64,000 nucleotides of DNA. It comes from Candidatus Multivoradales bacterium. GTDB lineage: Bacteria; Acidobacteriota; Thermoanaerobaculia; Multivoradales; Multivoraceae. The notes beneath the pieces are model-generated. The model did not search any database and was not told the DNA's origin. It was given only the letters and a program-made list of their open reading frames with translations. The stretch's first letter is position 1, and the number at the start of each line of letters is the position of its first letter. Positions 49,917 to 61,061 of this stretch are shown piece by piece. Made by a program: the position numbers and the translations under genes. The DNA lies in the NCBI GenBank assembly GCA_965223325.1, contig CBDCWI010000001.1, forward strand, positions 416,001 to 480,000, written 5' to 3'.

Positions 49917-51068
49917 GTGTCTTCGGCCAACAAGCAGGTTGAACTGAGGATCTGCCAGAACCTCTCCGACATCGAGGAAAGCGCCTGGGATGCCCTGCGC
50001 CCGGACGACAACCCGTTTCACTCCTGGGCATTTCTCGAGGGCCTCGAACGCGCCGGCTGCGCGGTCCCCGACCGCGGCTGGCACCCGTGTCACCTCACCT
50101 GTTGGCAGGGTGAGCGGCTGATCGGCGCCGCCCCGGCCTACCTCAAAGGCGACGGCATGGGCGACTTCTCGCGTGACTGGGGAATGGCCGATCTGGTGCA
50201 GCGGCTGGGCGCCCGCTTCTACCCCAAGTTGGTGGTGACGGTGCCGTTCAGCCCGGTAACCGGGTATCGCTTCCTGGTCGCCGAAGACGAGGATCGCCCG
50301 ATGATGACCCGCGCGCTTCTCGCCCTCGCCCTGGAGTTCACCCGCCAGAACGACTTCGCCTCCGTGCACGTTCTCTACTGTCACCCCGAGGAGCGCGATG
50401 CCATTGAAGGAGCCGGGCTGGCCATCCGCACGCTGACTCAGTACCACTGGCAAAACAACGAGTACCAGGTCTTCGACGACTGGCTGGCAGCCCTGCGCTC
50501 CAAGAAGCGCACCCAGATTCGCCGCGAGCGACGAGAGCTCGACCGTCAGGACCTGGACCTCGTAACGCTCCGCGGCGACGACCTAGCGGCCGATCCAACA
50601 CGTTGGGCCGAGGTCGCCTACGGCCTCTATGAGACCACCACCCAGAAGTACATGTGGGGCGGCACCTATCTGACACGCCTGTTCTTCGACCTGCTCTTCG
50701 AGCGCCTCGGCAACCAGATCGACCTGGTCCTGGCGCGCCCGGGTGGCGACGGCCCGCCAGTCGCCGGTGCCATCAACCTGGCGTCTTCGAGCCACCTCTA
50801 CGGCCGCTACTGGGGCTGCCATGAGGAACACCGCTTCTTGCACTTCAACGTTTGCATCTACCACGGTGTCGAGCAGTGCATCGAACGTGGCCTCTCGACC
50901 TTCGAGGGCGGTGCGGGCGGCGAGCACAAGCTGGCGCGAGGTTTCAGACCGGCGTTGGTCTATTCCGGACACAGCTTCATGGATGGAAACACCAACGACA
51001 TCCTGCGCCAGGCCCTGGCATCCGACGAAGCAAGACGACGACAGGCAGTGGCGGCATGGGGTCTCTAG
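49917..51068 (+). CDS. FemAB-like GNAT protein (DUF482-like)
   Basis: PF....FL..LE, YPKLV..VPF.PVTG, LYGRYWG, LHF..C.Y and FEGGAGGEHKLARGF.P motifs. Confidence 0.88.
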   Translation: MSSANKQVELRICQNLSDIEESAWDALRPDDNPFHSWAFLEGLERAGCAVPDRGWHPCHLTCWQGERLIGAAPAYLKGDGMGDFSRDWGMADLVQRLGARFYPKLVVTVPFSPVTGYRFLVAEDEDRPMMTRALLALALEFTRQNDFASVHVLYCHPEERDAIEGAGLAIRTLTQYHWQNNEYQVFDDWLAALRSKKRTQIRRERRELDRQDLDLVTLRGDDLAADPTRWAEVAYGLYETTTQKYMWGGTYLTRLFFDLLFERLGNQIDLVLARPGGDGPPVAGAINLASSSHLYGRYWGCHEEHRFLHFNVCIYHGVEQCIERGLSTFEGGAGGEHKLARGFRPALVYSGHSFMDGNTNDILRQALASDEARRRQAVAAWGL

Positions 51069-51185
51069 GGCCGGAACGAGAGCCCATGCGAAAGCTCACG
51101 GTGAGCTCCCGGTTCCTGCGCAAGCCTCTGTGGGAAAGATAAGATTGCCCTTCGGGAACTACCTCCCCGGAACCCCCCCCGAACA

Positions 51186-51530
51186 ATGGCTGAGCAGAAT
51201 CAAGGAGACACCCTCGTCCAGACCCGGACGAAGAAGCGCCTGCAGCGCCCGCGCATGTATCGCGTTCTTCTCCACAACGACGACTTCACCCCACGCGATT
51301 TCGTCGTCATGCTGCTGGTTTCGATTTTCAGCAAGAGCGAATCCGACGCCTCTGCCATCATGCTCAAAGCCCACAACACCGGCGTCAGTATTGCCGGTGT
51401 CTACCCGCGTTCGATTGCCGAAACCAAGGTGGCCGAGACCTTAGAAGCTGCCGACCGAGCCGGTTTTCCCCTGATGTGCACAATGGAGCCTGACTCCGAC
51501 GGTGACCGTGCCGACGGCGAAGGCGAATAA
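51186..51530 (+). CDS. clpS: ATP-dependent Clp protease adaptor ClpS
   Basis: PRMYRVLLHNDDFTP.DFVV, H..G..IAG.Y, AETK and FPL.CTMEP motifs. Confidence 0.97.
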   Translation: MAEQNQGDTLVQTRTKKRLQRPRMYRVLLHNDDFTPRDFVVMLLVSIFSKSESDASAIMLKAHNTGVSIAGVYPRSIAETKVAETLEAADRAGFPLMCTMEPDSDGDRADGEGE

Positions 51531-51543
51531 GGAATCTCGACTG

Positions 51544-53937
51544 GTGAGAATCACCGAAGAACTGCAAGCAACGATCGACAACGCGATCGAAGAGGCGCGC
51601 GACCGGCGCCACGAGTACATAACGCTCGAACATCTCCTGATCGCCCTGTGCGCCGACCCGCAGGCGCTCGAGGTGCTCCAGGCAACGGGCGTCAAGGTCC
51701 GCAAACTGCTCGATGAGCTCGACCGCTGGCTCGACGAAACCCTGGAGACCGTCCCCGGCGGCCACGAGTTCGAACCCCGGCAGACGATCTCGTTCTGGCG
51801 CGTGCTGCAGCGTGCCGCGATGCAGGTCCAGGGCGCCGGCAACGAGGAGGTCGACTCCGGCCAGGTGCTGGCGTCGATCTTTCGCGAGGAAGACTCGCAG
51901 GCGGTCTACATTCTCCAGTCGCATGGCCTCTCGCGGCTCGACATCACGCGCTACCTATCGCACGGCATCACCCGCGACGGCATGCCCGCGCCGTCTGAGG
52001 TCGGTGCGGAGTTCGACGAAGAAGAAGAGCCCGAACGCGACCCGCTCCAGGTCTTCTGCACCGACCTAGTCGAGAAGGCTGCCGCCGGCAACATCGACCC
52101 GCTGGTCGGTCGCACCGATGAACTGCGCTTGATCATGGAAGCGCTCGCCCGCCGGCGCAAGAACAATCCGGTTCTGGTGGGTGACCCAGGGGTTGGCAAG
52201 ACGGCAATCGTCGAAGGGCTGGCGCTTGCCGTCCACGACGGTCAGGTTCCAAAGATGCTGCGTGACGCACGCCTCTTCGCACTCGACATGGGAGCGCTCC
52301 TGGCCGGCACCAAGTACCGCGGCGAGTTCGAACAACGCCTCAAGGCCGTCATCAATGCGGTGACCGAGGAACCGAATCACATTCTCTTCATCGACGAGAT
52401 CCACACCATCGTTGGCGCCGGGGCGGTCTCGAGCGGTTCTCTCGATGCATCGAACATCCTCAAGCCTTCGCTGGCGTCGGGCGAGCTGCGCTGCATCGGT
52501 TCGACCACCCACCAGGAGTATCGCGCTTCGTTCGACCGCGACCGCGCCCTCGGCCGCCGCTTCCAGCGCATTGACATCGAAGAGCCGAGCGTCGAGGACT
52601 CGATCGACGTGCTGAAGGGCCTGCGCTCACGCTACGAAGAGCATCACGACGTCAAGTACGACGACGAGGCTCTCGAAAGCGCCGCCGAACTGGCCTACAA
52701 GTACATCAACGAGCGCCGCCTGCCCGACAAGGCAATCGACGTCGTCGACCAGGCAGGCGCCGCCAACCAGCTGCGCGACTCCGATGTGCGCCTGGCCAGC
52801 ATCGGCAGCGAGGAGATCGAGTCAGTCGTTGCGCGCATCGCCAAGATCCCCGAGCGCTCGGTGTCGAAAGACGACCAGAACGCTCTCGCCGACCTCGAAG
52901 GCGAGCTCAAGAAGGTCATCTACGGCCAGGACACTGCCATCGAGCAGGTGGTCTCGGCGATCAAGCAATCGCGCGCCGGCCTCGGCCCTCTCGACCGACC
53001 GATCGGTTCGTTTCTCCTTTCTGGCCCGACCGGCGTCGGCAAGACCGAGCTCGCGCGGCAACTCGCCAGCACCCTGGGGGTCAACTTCGAGCGCTTCGAC
53101 ATGTCGGAGTACATGGAGAAACACACCGTCTCGCGCTTGATCGGCGCACCCCCCGGCTACGTCGGCTTCGACCAGGGCGGCCTCTTGACCGACGCAATCC
53201 GGCGCTCGCCGCACTGCGTCCTGCTGCTCGACGAGATCGAGAAGGCCCACCCGGATGTCTTCAACATTCTGCTGCAGGTCATGGATCACGCCACCCTCAC
53301 CGACAACAACGGCCGCAAGGCCGACTTCCGCCACGTGATTCTTCTCATGACCACCAACGCTGGCGGCCGCAAGCTGACCAGTAGGAGCCTCGGCTTCGGC
53401 GACGAGTCGGAGGCGATGAACGTCGAGGCTCAGTCGCGCCCCGAGATCGAGCGCCTCTTCAGCCCCGAGTTCCGCAACCGCCTCGACGCATGGATCGTCT
53501 TCGAACCGCTCGGCGACACATCGATTCGCAAGGTGGTCGACAAACTGGTTGGCGAGCTACAAGAGCAGCTCGAGCCCAAAGACGTCCAGATCAGCCTCGA
53601 GGATGGCGCCCGCGACTGGCTGGCAGAGAACGGCTACCAGCGCGAGTTCGGTGCCCGCCCCATGCGCCGTTTGATCGAAACCCAGATCAAGCGACGGCTA
53701 GCCGATGAGATTCTGTTCGGCGAGCTCGCCAACGGCGGCAAGGTGATCGTCGACGGGCCAGAGGACGAAGCGGCCGAAAAGCCGCTTCTCGAACTGCGCA
53801 TCGAAGCTTCGCCAGAACCCGAGAAGAAGGCCGAGGGGACGGGGCAAGCGAAGGCCGATCCGACGCCGGACGAACAAAGCCCCAACGACGAAGAGGGGGC
53901 CGGAGGCAATGACGAGGGAAGTGGCACCGTCCACTGA
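51544..53937 (+). CDS. clpA: ATP-dependent Clp protease ATP-binding subunit ClpA
   Basis: Two AAA+ modules (GDPGVGKT and GPTGVGKT); no ClpB coiled coil; LGF ClpP-docking loop; follows clpS. Confidence 0.95.
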   Translation: MRITEELQATIDNAIEEARDRRHEYITLEHLLIALCADPQALEVLQATGVKVRKLLDELDRWLDETLETVPGGHEFEPRQTISFWRVLQRAAMQVQGAGNEEVDSGQVLASIFREEDSQAVYILQSHGLSRLDITRYLSHGITRDGMPAPSEVGAEFDEEEEPERDPLQVFCTDLVEKAAAGNIDPLVGRTDELRLIMEALARRRKNNPVLVGDPGVGKTAIVEGLALAVHDGQVPKMLRDARLFALDMGALLAGTKYRGEFEQRLKAVINAVTEEPNHILFIDEIHTIVGAGAVSSGSLDASNILKPSLASGELRCIGSTTHQEYRASFDRDRALGRRFQRIDIEEPSVEDSIDVLKGLRSRYEEHHDVKYDDEALESAAELAYKYINERRLPDKAIDVVDQAGAANQLRDSDVRLASIGSEEIESVVARIAKIPERSVSKDDQNALADLEGELKKVIYGQDTAIEQVVSAIKQSRAGLGPLDRPIGSFLLSGPTGVGKTELARQLASTLGVNFERFDMSEYMEKHTVSRLIGAPPGYVGFDQGGLLTDAIRRSPHCVLLLDEIEKAHPDVFNILLQVMDHATLTDNNGRKADFRHVILLMTTNAGGRKLTSRSLGFGDESEAMNVEAQSRPEIERLFSPEFRNRLDAWIVFEPLGDTSIRKVVDKLVGELQEQLEPKDVQISLEDGARDWLAENGYQREFGARPMRRLIETQIKRRLADEILFGELANGGKVIVDGPEDEAAEKPLLELRIEASPEPEKKAEGTGQAKADPTPDEQSPNDEEGAGGNDEGSGTVH

Positions 53938-53954
53938 CACGGTACCTCCCCTTC

Positions 53955-55694
53955 GTGGCGAAGTTCTCCAGCCTATGCAGCGCTGCCCTATCTCGAAGCA
54001 CTCGGCAAGATAGGGCGGGCGGCTGGCCGGTGCTCGCCATCGCTGTCGTCCTGGTTGTGAGCGCGGCCTGCAGCGAGCGCGCCACCATCACCGCGACGGG
54101 TCAACCGGTCTCCGAGGAAGTCGAGACCTCTCTCGGAACCCTGCGTGGCGCCGTCCTCGAGGGCGTGCAGCCGGAGCCCGGCGCGCCCGAACGCGCCCGC
54201 CTGCTCGGTTTCATGGGGGTCCCCTTCGCCGCACCGCCGGTCGGGCCGCGGCGCTTCGAACCACCGCAGCCGGCGCGCGCGTGGCCGGGCACTCGCGACG
54301 CCACCCAGCCCGCCCCTGCATGCTGGCAACCCGAACCAGCCAGCGACTCCTTCTACGGCCACGGTCCAGACCACATGAGCGAGGACTGCCTCTACCTCAA
54401 CATCTGGACTCCGGCACACCAGAGCGGTGAACGGCTACCAGTGATGGTCTGGATCCACGGCGGCGGGCTCGTCTCTGGCCACGCCGGAGTCTGGGCCTAC
54501 GACGGCCAGTCGTTGGCGAGCCGCGGCGTGGTTGTGGTGACGGTTCAGTACCGCCTGGGACCGCTCGGGTTTCTGGCGCACCCGCTCCTGGCCGCTGATG
54601 GTGAAACCAGTCGTTTCAATCTCGGACTGCGCGACCAGATCGCGGCGCTCGAGTGGGTCGCCGCCGAGATCTCGAGCTTCGGCGGTGACCCCGACAACAC
54701 AACGATCTTCGGCGAGTCCGCCGGGTCCTCGAGTGTTCTGGCCCTGACCGCCACACCACGGGCCGCCGGGTTGTTCGCGCGCGCCATCGGCCAGAGCGGC
54801 GCCCCGCTACAACCCCGCGACCGGGTAGCTGATCTCTCGTCGCCAGGCCATGGTACGTACCTCGAGGCTCTCCGCGCAGCCGATCTCTTGCCGACCGAGA
54901 GCGCCTCGGAGCTCGAGGCGCTGCGTGCCCTCGCTCCAGCCGACTTCTTCGACCCGCGGGTCCTCGAGGCAGTTCGCAACATGTCCTTCGGGCCGATTCA
55001 AGACGGCGATCTCCTGGACGATCAGATCGGTGCCCGGCTCGAGCGCGGCGACATCGCGCGCATACCGATGATTCTGGGCTCGAACGAAGACCAGGCGAGC
55101 GTCTCTTACGACGCGGTCGCACCGGCCAGCGTTCCTGAATACCGCGAGTGGCTCGCTCTGACTTTCGGAGACTGGTCCGACGACTTCTACGGGCAGTACT
55201 CGGCAGTGACCGACGACCATGCCCGCGACGCCTTCCTGGCTCTCCACAGTGACCTCGACGTGGGCTGGCCGATGCGCCAGTGGGCTCTGAGCCTCGCCGA
55301 GGAAGAGGTCTCGGTGTGGTTCTATCGTTGGCGGCACGCGCCTCCATCCGAGGAACGTGAGCGCTGGGGTGCGTTTCACGGCGCCGAGATCCCCTATGTC
55401 TTCAGCAACCTGCATCGGCGTAGCCTCGCCACCGGCCGCCTCGAGATCGGCGAGACGGATCGGGACCGACGGCTGGCCGACACGATGGCGAGCTATTGGG
55501 TGCAGTTCGCCCGATCCGGAAACCCGAATGGCGATGGGTTACCGGAGTGGCCGGTTTTCGAGCCGCCCAACGAGACAGTCCTGCTGGTCGAAGACGAGGT
55601 CGGGGCCGGCACGCTCGGCGCCCGCCACCGCATGGCCCTGATCGAAGCCTGGCAGAAGCGCCCTACCGATCCGCGCTCGCGCGCGCACCCCTGA
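53955..55694 (+). CDS. Carboxylesterase type B (lipoprotein)
   Basis: SEDCLYLNIW, WIHGGG, FGESAG and HGAEI motifs. Confidence 0.93.
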   Translation: MAKFSSLCSAALSRSTRQDRAGGWPVLAIAVVLVVSAACSERATITATGQPVSEEVETSLGTLRGAVLEGVQPEPGAPERARLLGFMGVPFAAPPVGPRRFEPPQPARAWPGTRDATQPAPACWQPEPASDSFYGHGPDHMSEDCLYLNIWTPAHQSGERLPVMVWIHGGGLVSGHAGVWAYDGQSLASRGVVVVTVQYRLGPLGFLAHPLLAADGETSRFNLGLRDQIAALEWVAAEISSFGGDPDNTTIFGESAGSSSVLALTATPRAAGLFARAIGQSGAPLQPRDRVADLSSPGHGTYLEALRAADLLPTESASELEALRALAPADFFDPRVLEAVRNMSFGPIQDGDLLDDQIGARLERGDIARIPMILGSNEDQASVSYDAVAPASVPEYREWLALTFGDWSDDFYGQYSAVTDDHARDAFLALHSDLDVGWPMRQWALSLAEEEVSVWFYRWRHAPPSEERERWGAFHGAEIPYVFSNLHRRSLATGRLEIGETDRDRRLADTMASYWVQFARSGNPNGDGLPEWPVFEPPNETVLLVEDEVGAGTLGARHRMALIEAWQKRPTDPRSRAHP

Positions 55695-55733
55695 GCAGGC
55701 GCACCCCTGAAACAGAAACCGCCCTGGTGCTCC

Positions 55734-57845
55734 TCAGGGAGCGCCAGTTGCCGGCGTGCCACTGGTGTCGGCGAAGCGTTCGAACCAGTCGAGAATCCTC
55801 GGCGTCACGCTCATCAAGAGCCGTGGCTCACGCGGACCGTGCGGCGTCCGTGGGTAGACGACCATCTCGGTCGGCACGCCACGCCGCTCGAGTGCAACGT
55901 AAAACTCCTGCCCCTGGGTGAAGGGCACCCGCAGGTCGTTGGCGCCGTGAATGACCTGGGTGGGCGTGGTGACGTTGGCAATGCGATAGATCGCCGAGTG
56001 CTTCTCGTACGACTCGTAGTCTTCCCAGACTTCCTTGCCACCCTGGTGCGCGACCAGGTAGTCCGGAATGTCGGTCGTGGTGACCATGCTCACCAGGTTC
56101 GGAAGTCCGGCGCCCATGCTGGCGGCGCGAAAACGATCGGTGGCAGTGACCGCCCAGGAGGTCATGTAGCCCCCGTAGCTCCAACCCATCAGGTAGAGTT
56201 CTTCGGGATCGCCGATTCCCTGTTCGATGACGTGATCGACGCCCGCCATCAGGTCTTCGAAGTCACCGAAGCCCCAGTCGCGCACGTTGGCGTAGCGAAA
56301 GCGCTTGCCGTACGAAGAACTACCGCGCGGGTTCGGTCGTAGGATTGCATACCCCTGTTGCGCGAAGGTCTGCAGCATGTAGATCGCCGGCGTACCGGTG
56401 AACCGTTCGCTGAAAACCCCGGCCGGCCCACCGTGCACATTGAGAATGAGCGGCACGCGCTTGCCGGAGCCCTTCTGGTAGCCAACCGGCAAGGTCAAGA
56501 GGCCCTCGATCTCGAGGCCATCCTTCGACTTCCACTGCACGATCGACGTCTCTCCGAGCGGCGGTTGTTCGATACCCGCGTGCAGATCGGTGAGCTTCGA
56601 ACGCTCTCCCGATTGCCGTGCCATCACGAAGACTTCAGGCGGTGTGTCGGGGTCTTCCCACGTAAAGGCGACACTCTGACCGGTGTAACTCATCGACAGA
56701 GAGCTGATCACACCGGTCGGCTCGTCGAACGACTGCGCCGGCAGGGGGCTTGGGCCTTTCACATCGAGGTCGTAGAGACGGCTGGTCGTGCGAAAGCCCT
56801 CAGAGATCAAGAGCGTCGTGTCACTCGTCCAGCCGAGCAGGCGCGCATTGCGATCAGGCGTGTAGGCAAGCCCCTTCGCCTCACCACCGGCACTCGCGAC
56901 CACCCACACGTCCGAGAGACCGACCCGCTCGACGCGACCACCGTGCGAAGTGAAGGCGACCCACTTGCCGTCGGGCGAGAAGAATGGCGACGTGTCGGTG
57001 CCCGGACGTTCCACCAGGGCGATGCGCGCGCCGGCCTCCTCCCCGTCGGCAGGAACCTTCGAGATGTCGGCGTGGATCGAACTGTTGATGCGTGGATCGG
57101 GCTGATGGGCGATCGCCAGCCACTTGCCGTCGGGCGACCAGGAAACGGCAGTGACGTGCACATCGTCGGCCAGGAGACACACCGCCTCACGCTCCTCGTC
57201 GGTCAGGTCGCTCGAGATACGCCACGGGCGAGTCATCTCGAAGTCGCTGTCGACGATGTACTCATCGCGTTTCTCCTTCTCACGCTCCTTCTTCTCGTCG
57301 CTTTTGGCATCGGGCCGCAGGAAAGCGATCGCTTCGCCGTCGGGCGACCAGCGAAAGCTGCTGATGCCGGTCTCTCCCGAGGTCAGAACGCGCGCTTCTC
57401 CACCGTCGACCGGCATGATCCAGATCTGGGTTTGTACGTCTTCGCCCTTGCCGCGCTTCGACAGGAACGCCAGGCGCTTGCCGTCGGGGGAGAACGCCGG
57501 CGACGTCGAAGATTGGTCGCCGTAGGTGTACTGACGACTCCAGCTGCCGTCGGAAGCGCCAACGAAGAGTTGCGAACGGTACTCGGACGTCTCGTCTTCC
57601 ATGATCGCCGCGCGGACCTCCCAGGCCACCAACGAGCCGTCGGGGGAGACCGCCGTCGAGCGCACGCTCTCGAACTGCATGGACAGCTCGGGGGTCCAGC
57701 CCCTGGCCGCATCTTCACCCTCGGCGGCAACGGGTAGGGCAATGCCAGAAAGGCCAACTCCGAGGAGTGCGATCGAAAGCAGCCCGACGCGCAGTGGTTT
57801 CGCGGATGCCAGGTTACGGGGCGGCAGAAGAGTGGCAAAGGTCAT
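55734..57845 (-). CDS. S9 family peptidase with TolB-like propeller
   Basis: SPDG repeats, HGGP, GWSYGG, HGANDLRV and catalytic His in PHG. Confidence 0.93.
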   Translation of the reverse strand: MTFATLLPPRNLASAKPLRVGLLSIALLGVGLSGIALPVAAEGEDAARGWTPELSMQFESVRSTAVSPDGSLVAWEVRAAIMEDETSEYRSQLFVGASDGSWSRQYTYGDQSSTSPAFSPDGKRLAFLSKRGKGEDVQTQIWIMPVDGGEARVLTSGETGISSFRWSPDGEAIAFLRPDAKSDEKKEREKEKRDEYIVDSDFEMTRPWRISSDLTDEEREAVCLLADDVHVTAVSWSPDGKWLAIAHQPDPRINSSIHADISKVPADGEEAGARIALVERPGTDTSPFFSPDGKWVAFTSHGGRVERVGLSDVWVVASAGGEAKGLAYTPDRNARLLGWTSDTTLLISEGFRTTSRLYDLDVKGPSPLPAQSFDEPTGVISSLSMSYTGQSVAFTWEDPDTPPEVFVMARQSGERSKLTDLHAGIEQPPLGETSIVQWKSKDGLEIEGLLTLPVGYQKGSGKRVPLILNVHGGPAGVFSERFTGTPAIYMLQTFAQQGYAILRPNPRGSSSYGKRFRYANVRDWGFGDFEDLMAGVDHVIEQGIGDPEELYLMGWSYGGYMTSWAVTATDRFRAASMGAGLPNLVSMVTTTDIPDYLVAHQGGKEVWEDYESYEKHSAIYRIANVTTPTQVIHGANDLRVPFTQGQEFYVALERRGVPTEMVVYPRTPHGPREPRLLMSVTPRILDWFERFADTSGTPATGAP

Positions 57846-57923
57846 CGCGCAACTCCCTCTCTCTGGTTCTCGATTGTTGGCCGGTTCGTCAGGCCACGCT
57901 ATCAGCACGCCGGTTCGCAGCTG

Positions 57924-59471
57924 CTAGCGCTTGACCCGGTGATCGAGCCGGGTCTGGACCAGGTCGAGCCAGTGACAAAGAGTCGGCCGCGTGTCGCGCG
58001 GGTCGAGTAGATCGTGAACCGAGAACCACTCGGCTCTAGGAAACGCCGTGCGGCTCTTGGCAAACTTCTCCTCCAGCTTTCTCCGGTAGGCATCGGGGTC
58101 GGGGGCGGTGGCAATCTCCTTGCGATAGGCGACGGCGACTCCACCCTCGATCGGGAGCGGCCCGGTCTCGGCCGATGGCCAGCTGTAGACGCGCCCACCG
58201 GGACCGAAGTGAGCCGCGGCGGCGACACCGTAGGCCTTACGAACGATGATCGAAGCCCAGGGTACAGTCGAGCGCACGACCGCTGCGATCGCCTCCATGC
58301 CGTAGCGAATGGTGCCGGAGCTCTCAGAGGCTGAGCCGATCATGAACCCGGGCTCGTCGACGAAGCTCACGATTGGCAGGTGAAAGCGGTCGCAGAACTC
58401 GACGAAACGCTTGACCTTCTGCGCCCCTGCGGCATCCATCGCACCACCGACGAAGTGACCGTCGTTTGCCAGCACTCCGACCGCATGCCCATCGATGCGC
58501 GCCAGAGCTGTGATCTGTGAACGCCCCCAGAAGGGAGTGAGCTCGAAGAAGGTGTCGAAATCGACGACGTGACGCACCAGCTCGCGCATGTCGTAGAGGA
58601 AGCGGCGGTCGCGCGGCACGATGTCGAGCAAGCGCTCGGCGCGCCGATCACGCGTGTCGCTCGAACCTGGCTGTCTGAACGGCGGTCGCTCGCCGACATG
58701 GTTGGGAACGTAGGAGAGAAAGCGCCTGATGAGCTCGAAGACTTCGGATTCGGACTCGGCCAGGTTGTCGACGACCCCGTTCTGGGTGTGAACCTCGTAG
58801 CCGCCGAGTTCTTCCTTGCTCTTCTTCTCTCCCAGCGCGCGCTCGACCAGCGCTGGTCCTCCGATCAGCACCTGAGCGGTATCGCGAGTCATGACGTTCC
58901 AATGCGACGCCACCAGGCGAGCTGCCGGAAAGCCCGCCACCGCTCCGACGGCCGCCGAAATCACCGGCACCTCGTCGAGCACTCGCGCAATGCTCAGAAA
59001 ACGTGGCACCGAAAACACCGGGTCGCCGGCGGGCCTGGGCGCGCCGCTGGACTTCCCCGTTCCACGGACCGAACCCCCTCCGCCCTCGAGAAACCGAACC
59101 AGAGGCAGGCGGTACTCGAGCGCCAGGGTCTCGGCGTAGACGCTCTTGCGCAGGCCGGCCGGATTGGGTGAGCCGCCTCGCTGGGTGAAGTCCTCGCCGC
59201 CCACGACGCAGCGCCGACCGGCGATCAGCCCCGTGCCGAGGACGTAGTTGGCGGGCTGGAAGGCAACCAGTTCGCCCTCCTCGTCGTATTGAGCCGCACC
59301 CGCCTGGGGGCCTTCGTCGGCGAAGCTGCCGGGGTCTACCAGTGAGGCGATGCGCTCGCGTACGGTGAGTTTGCCGTAGGAATGCTGGCGTTCGACGGCC
59401 TCCTGGCCGCCCAGTTCCAACGCCATCTCCTTGCGGCGTGCTATTTCCTCCGCCTCGGGTCGCCAGGTCAC
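57924..59471 (-). CDS. Acyl-CoA carboxylase carboxyltransferase subunit
   Basis: GKLTVRERI, DFT.RGGS, GGP.LV, EELGG, VDEPGF.IG and RKAYG motifs. Confidence 0.9.
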   Translation of the reverse strand: MTWRPEAEEIARRKEMALELGGQEAVERQHSYGKLTVRERIASLVDPGSFADEGPQAGAAQYDEEGELVAFQPANYVLGTGLIAGRRCVVGGEDFTQRGGSPNPAGLRKSVYAETLALEYRLPLVRFLEGGGGSVRGTGKSSGAPRPAGDPVFSVPRFLSIARVLDEVPVISAAVGAVAGFPAARLVASHWNVMTRDTAQVLIGGPALVERALGEKKSKEELGGYEVHTQNGVVDNLAESESEVFELIRRFLSYVPNHVGERPPFRQPGSSDTRDRRAERLLDIVPRDRRFLYDMRELVRHVVDFDTFFELTPFWGRSQITALARIDGHAVGVLANDGHFVGGAMDAAGAQKVKRFVEFCDRFHLPIVSFVDEPGFMIGSASESSGTIRYGMEAIAAVVRSTVPWASIIVRKAYGVAAAAHFGPGGRVYSWPSAETGPLPIEGGVAVAYRKEIATAPDPDAYRRKLEEKFAKSRTAFPRAEWFSVHDLLDPRDTRPTLCHWLDLVQTRLDHRVKR

Positions 59472-59546
59472 TGCGGCAAATTACCACGGCCTAGAAGAGC
59501 CGGAAGTGGGCCCCGAGCCTTCCCAATACTGCGCCCTGGGACGGTC

Positions 59547-59574
59547 TGTAACATCCAGGCTCGCCGCCTGTCTC
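59547..59574 (+). promoter_or_regulatory. Candidate autoregulatory ECF-sigma promoter
   Basis: TGTAAC (59547-59552), N17, GTCTC (59570-59574), upstream of the ECF sigma ATG at 59626. Confidence 0.5.
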
Positions 59575-59625
59575 ATCACTGAAAGTCGCGAGAACCCCCG
59601 ACCAGGGGTCCTTCCAAAAGCTTCC

Positions 59626-60204
59626 ATGAACCTCGATACCAATGAATGTGCCACGACCACGGAACCTGACGAGGGCTATGACTGGCGGGCCATTTTCGAC
59701 GAGCACTCCCCGGCCCTCTACGCCTTCCTGGCCAGCCGGACCAGGCGACGAGAGGACGCGGAGGACCTTCTCCAGGAGACCTTCGTGCGCGCCATTCGCG
59801 CAACCGGCTCGGTACGCGACCGCTCGCGCCTGCGCTCCTACCTCATGACGATCGCCAACAACCTGATGATCAACGACTACCGCAAGAAGCGCCCGATCAC
59901 TTTTGCCGACGCCGGTGACGCCGCCGACACCTTGCTGGCAATCACCGCAGCTCCTGTCGAGCCAACCGATGCGGCAGCACACTGGAACGACCTCGGTCGC
60001 GGGATCGAAGCTGCTGTCGAAGCCATGACACCTCCTCTCCAGCAGGCCTTTCGCCTCGGGGTCCTCGAACAACGGTCCTATGACGACATCGCGCGTGAAC
60101 TCGGCTGGACGCCCGGCCAGGTCAGGGTCAACGTCTTTCGTGCCCGCCAGAAGGCGATGGAGCAGCTCTCCAGTTTCCTACCTGGCGCTGGGCAGCCGGC
60201 GTGA
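59626..60204 (+). CDS. ECF RNA polymerase sigma factor
   Basis: DAEDLLQETF region 2, IANNL..N.YRK, and region 4 HTH (SYDDIARELG.....V.V..FRAR). Confidence 0.92.
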   Translation: MNLDTNECATTTEPDEGYDWRAIFDEHSPALYAFLASRTRRREDAEDLLQETFVRAIRATGSVRDRSRLRSYLMTIANNLMINDYRKKRPITFADAGDAADTLLAITAAPVEPTDAAAHWNDLGRGIEAAVEAMTPPLQQAFRLGVLEQRSYDDIARELGWTPGQVRVNVFRARQKAMEQLSSFLPGAGQPA

Positions 60205-60270
60205 AGGCCCCAACCGATTTGACCACCACGACCGCCCAATTCTCATTTTGAAACCCAACGGTATTGAGTC

Positions 60271-61029
60271 ATGAACGAGTTCCCAGTCACCCCAAGCGAG
60301 TCTCGAGACGCCCTCGAAGAGAACTATCAGGCGCGCATTTCCGCGCTGCTCGATGGTGAGCTGCCACAAGACCAGCTGATCGCGACCCTCGACTACCTGG
60401 TCGCGACGCCGGGCGCGCAGCGCTTCTACCGTCAGGCACGGGCCCTCGAGGGTCTCCTGGCTGCCGCCGACTCGAGCAGTGCGCGCGAAGTGACCCGCCG
60501 AGAGCACCGACCGTCCTGGCGCGATCTCGAAGAACGCCTGGAAACCGCCGATCAAAGTGACGACGGGTTCGAGCCTCCGGGGGTACCAGAGATCACACAT
60601 CACCGAGCCCGCAAGTCGAGCTTCACTTCGAGCGCCCCCGTCCGGCTCTTCTTCGCCGCCGCCGCCGGCGTGCTCATTCTGATGATCGGGCTCTCGTCCT
60701 GGCAGGTCTGGCAAAACGGCGGTGCGGGCCAGGAGCTCCCTGAGATTGCCCAGCTCGACTCGGTGACCGTCGGTGCTCGTGCCGGCGAAATGACCGACGG
60801 GCGGTTCCTCGACCTGGCGCGCGAGATCCTCGAATCCGATCGCCGCTATCGCCTCGAAATGCTCGCGCTGATGAGCGCCGTCGACGAGCAACCGCTGGTC
60901 GAGCGCACGACCGAAGAATCTCGCCCGGTCTCCGAGCGGCGGGGCGAGTCGACCCGCGACTACGACGAATCCGATTTCGACAACCGCAGCGAACACCTCC
61001 GAAACCGCCCACAGGTCAAGCTGTGGTGA
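60271..61029 (+). CDS. Putative transmembrane anti-sigma factor
   Basis: ISALLDGEL anti-sigma N-terminus, a single TM helix, and position directly after the sigma gene. Confidence 0.75.
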   Translation: MNEFPVTPSESRDALEENYQARISALLDGELPQDQLIATLDYLVATPGAQRFYRQARALEGLLAAADSSSAREVTRREHRPSWRDLEERLETADQSDDGFEPPGVPEITHHRARKSSFTSSAPVRLFFAAAAGVLILMIGLSSWQVWQNGGAGQELPEIAQLDSVTVGARAGEMTDGRFLDLAREILESDRRYRLEMLALMSAVDEQPLVERTTEESRPVSERRGESTRDYDESDFDNRSEHLRNRPQVKLW

Positions 61030-61061
61030 TCAGCTGGAACGCCCAATCCGAAAGGCATGCC

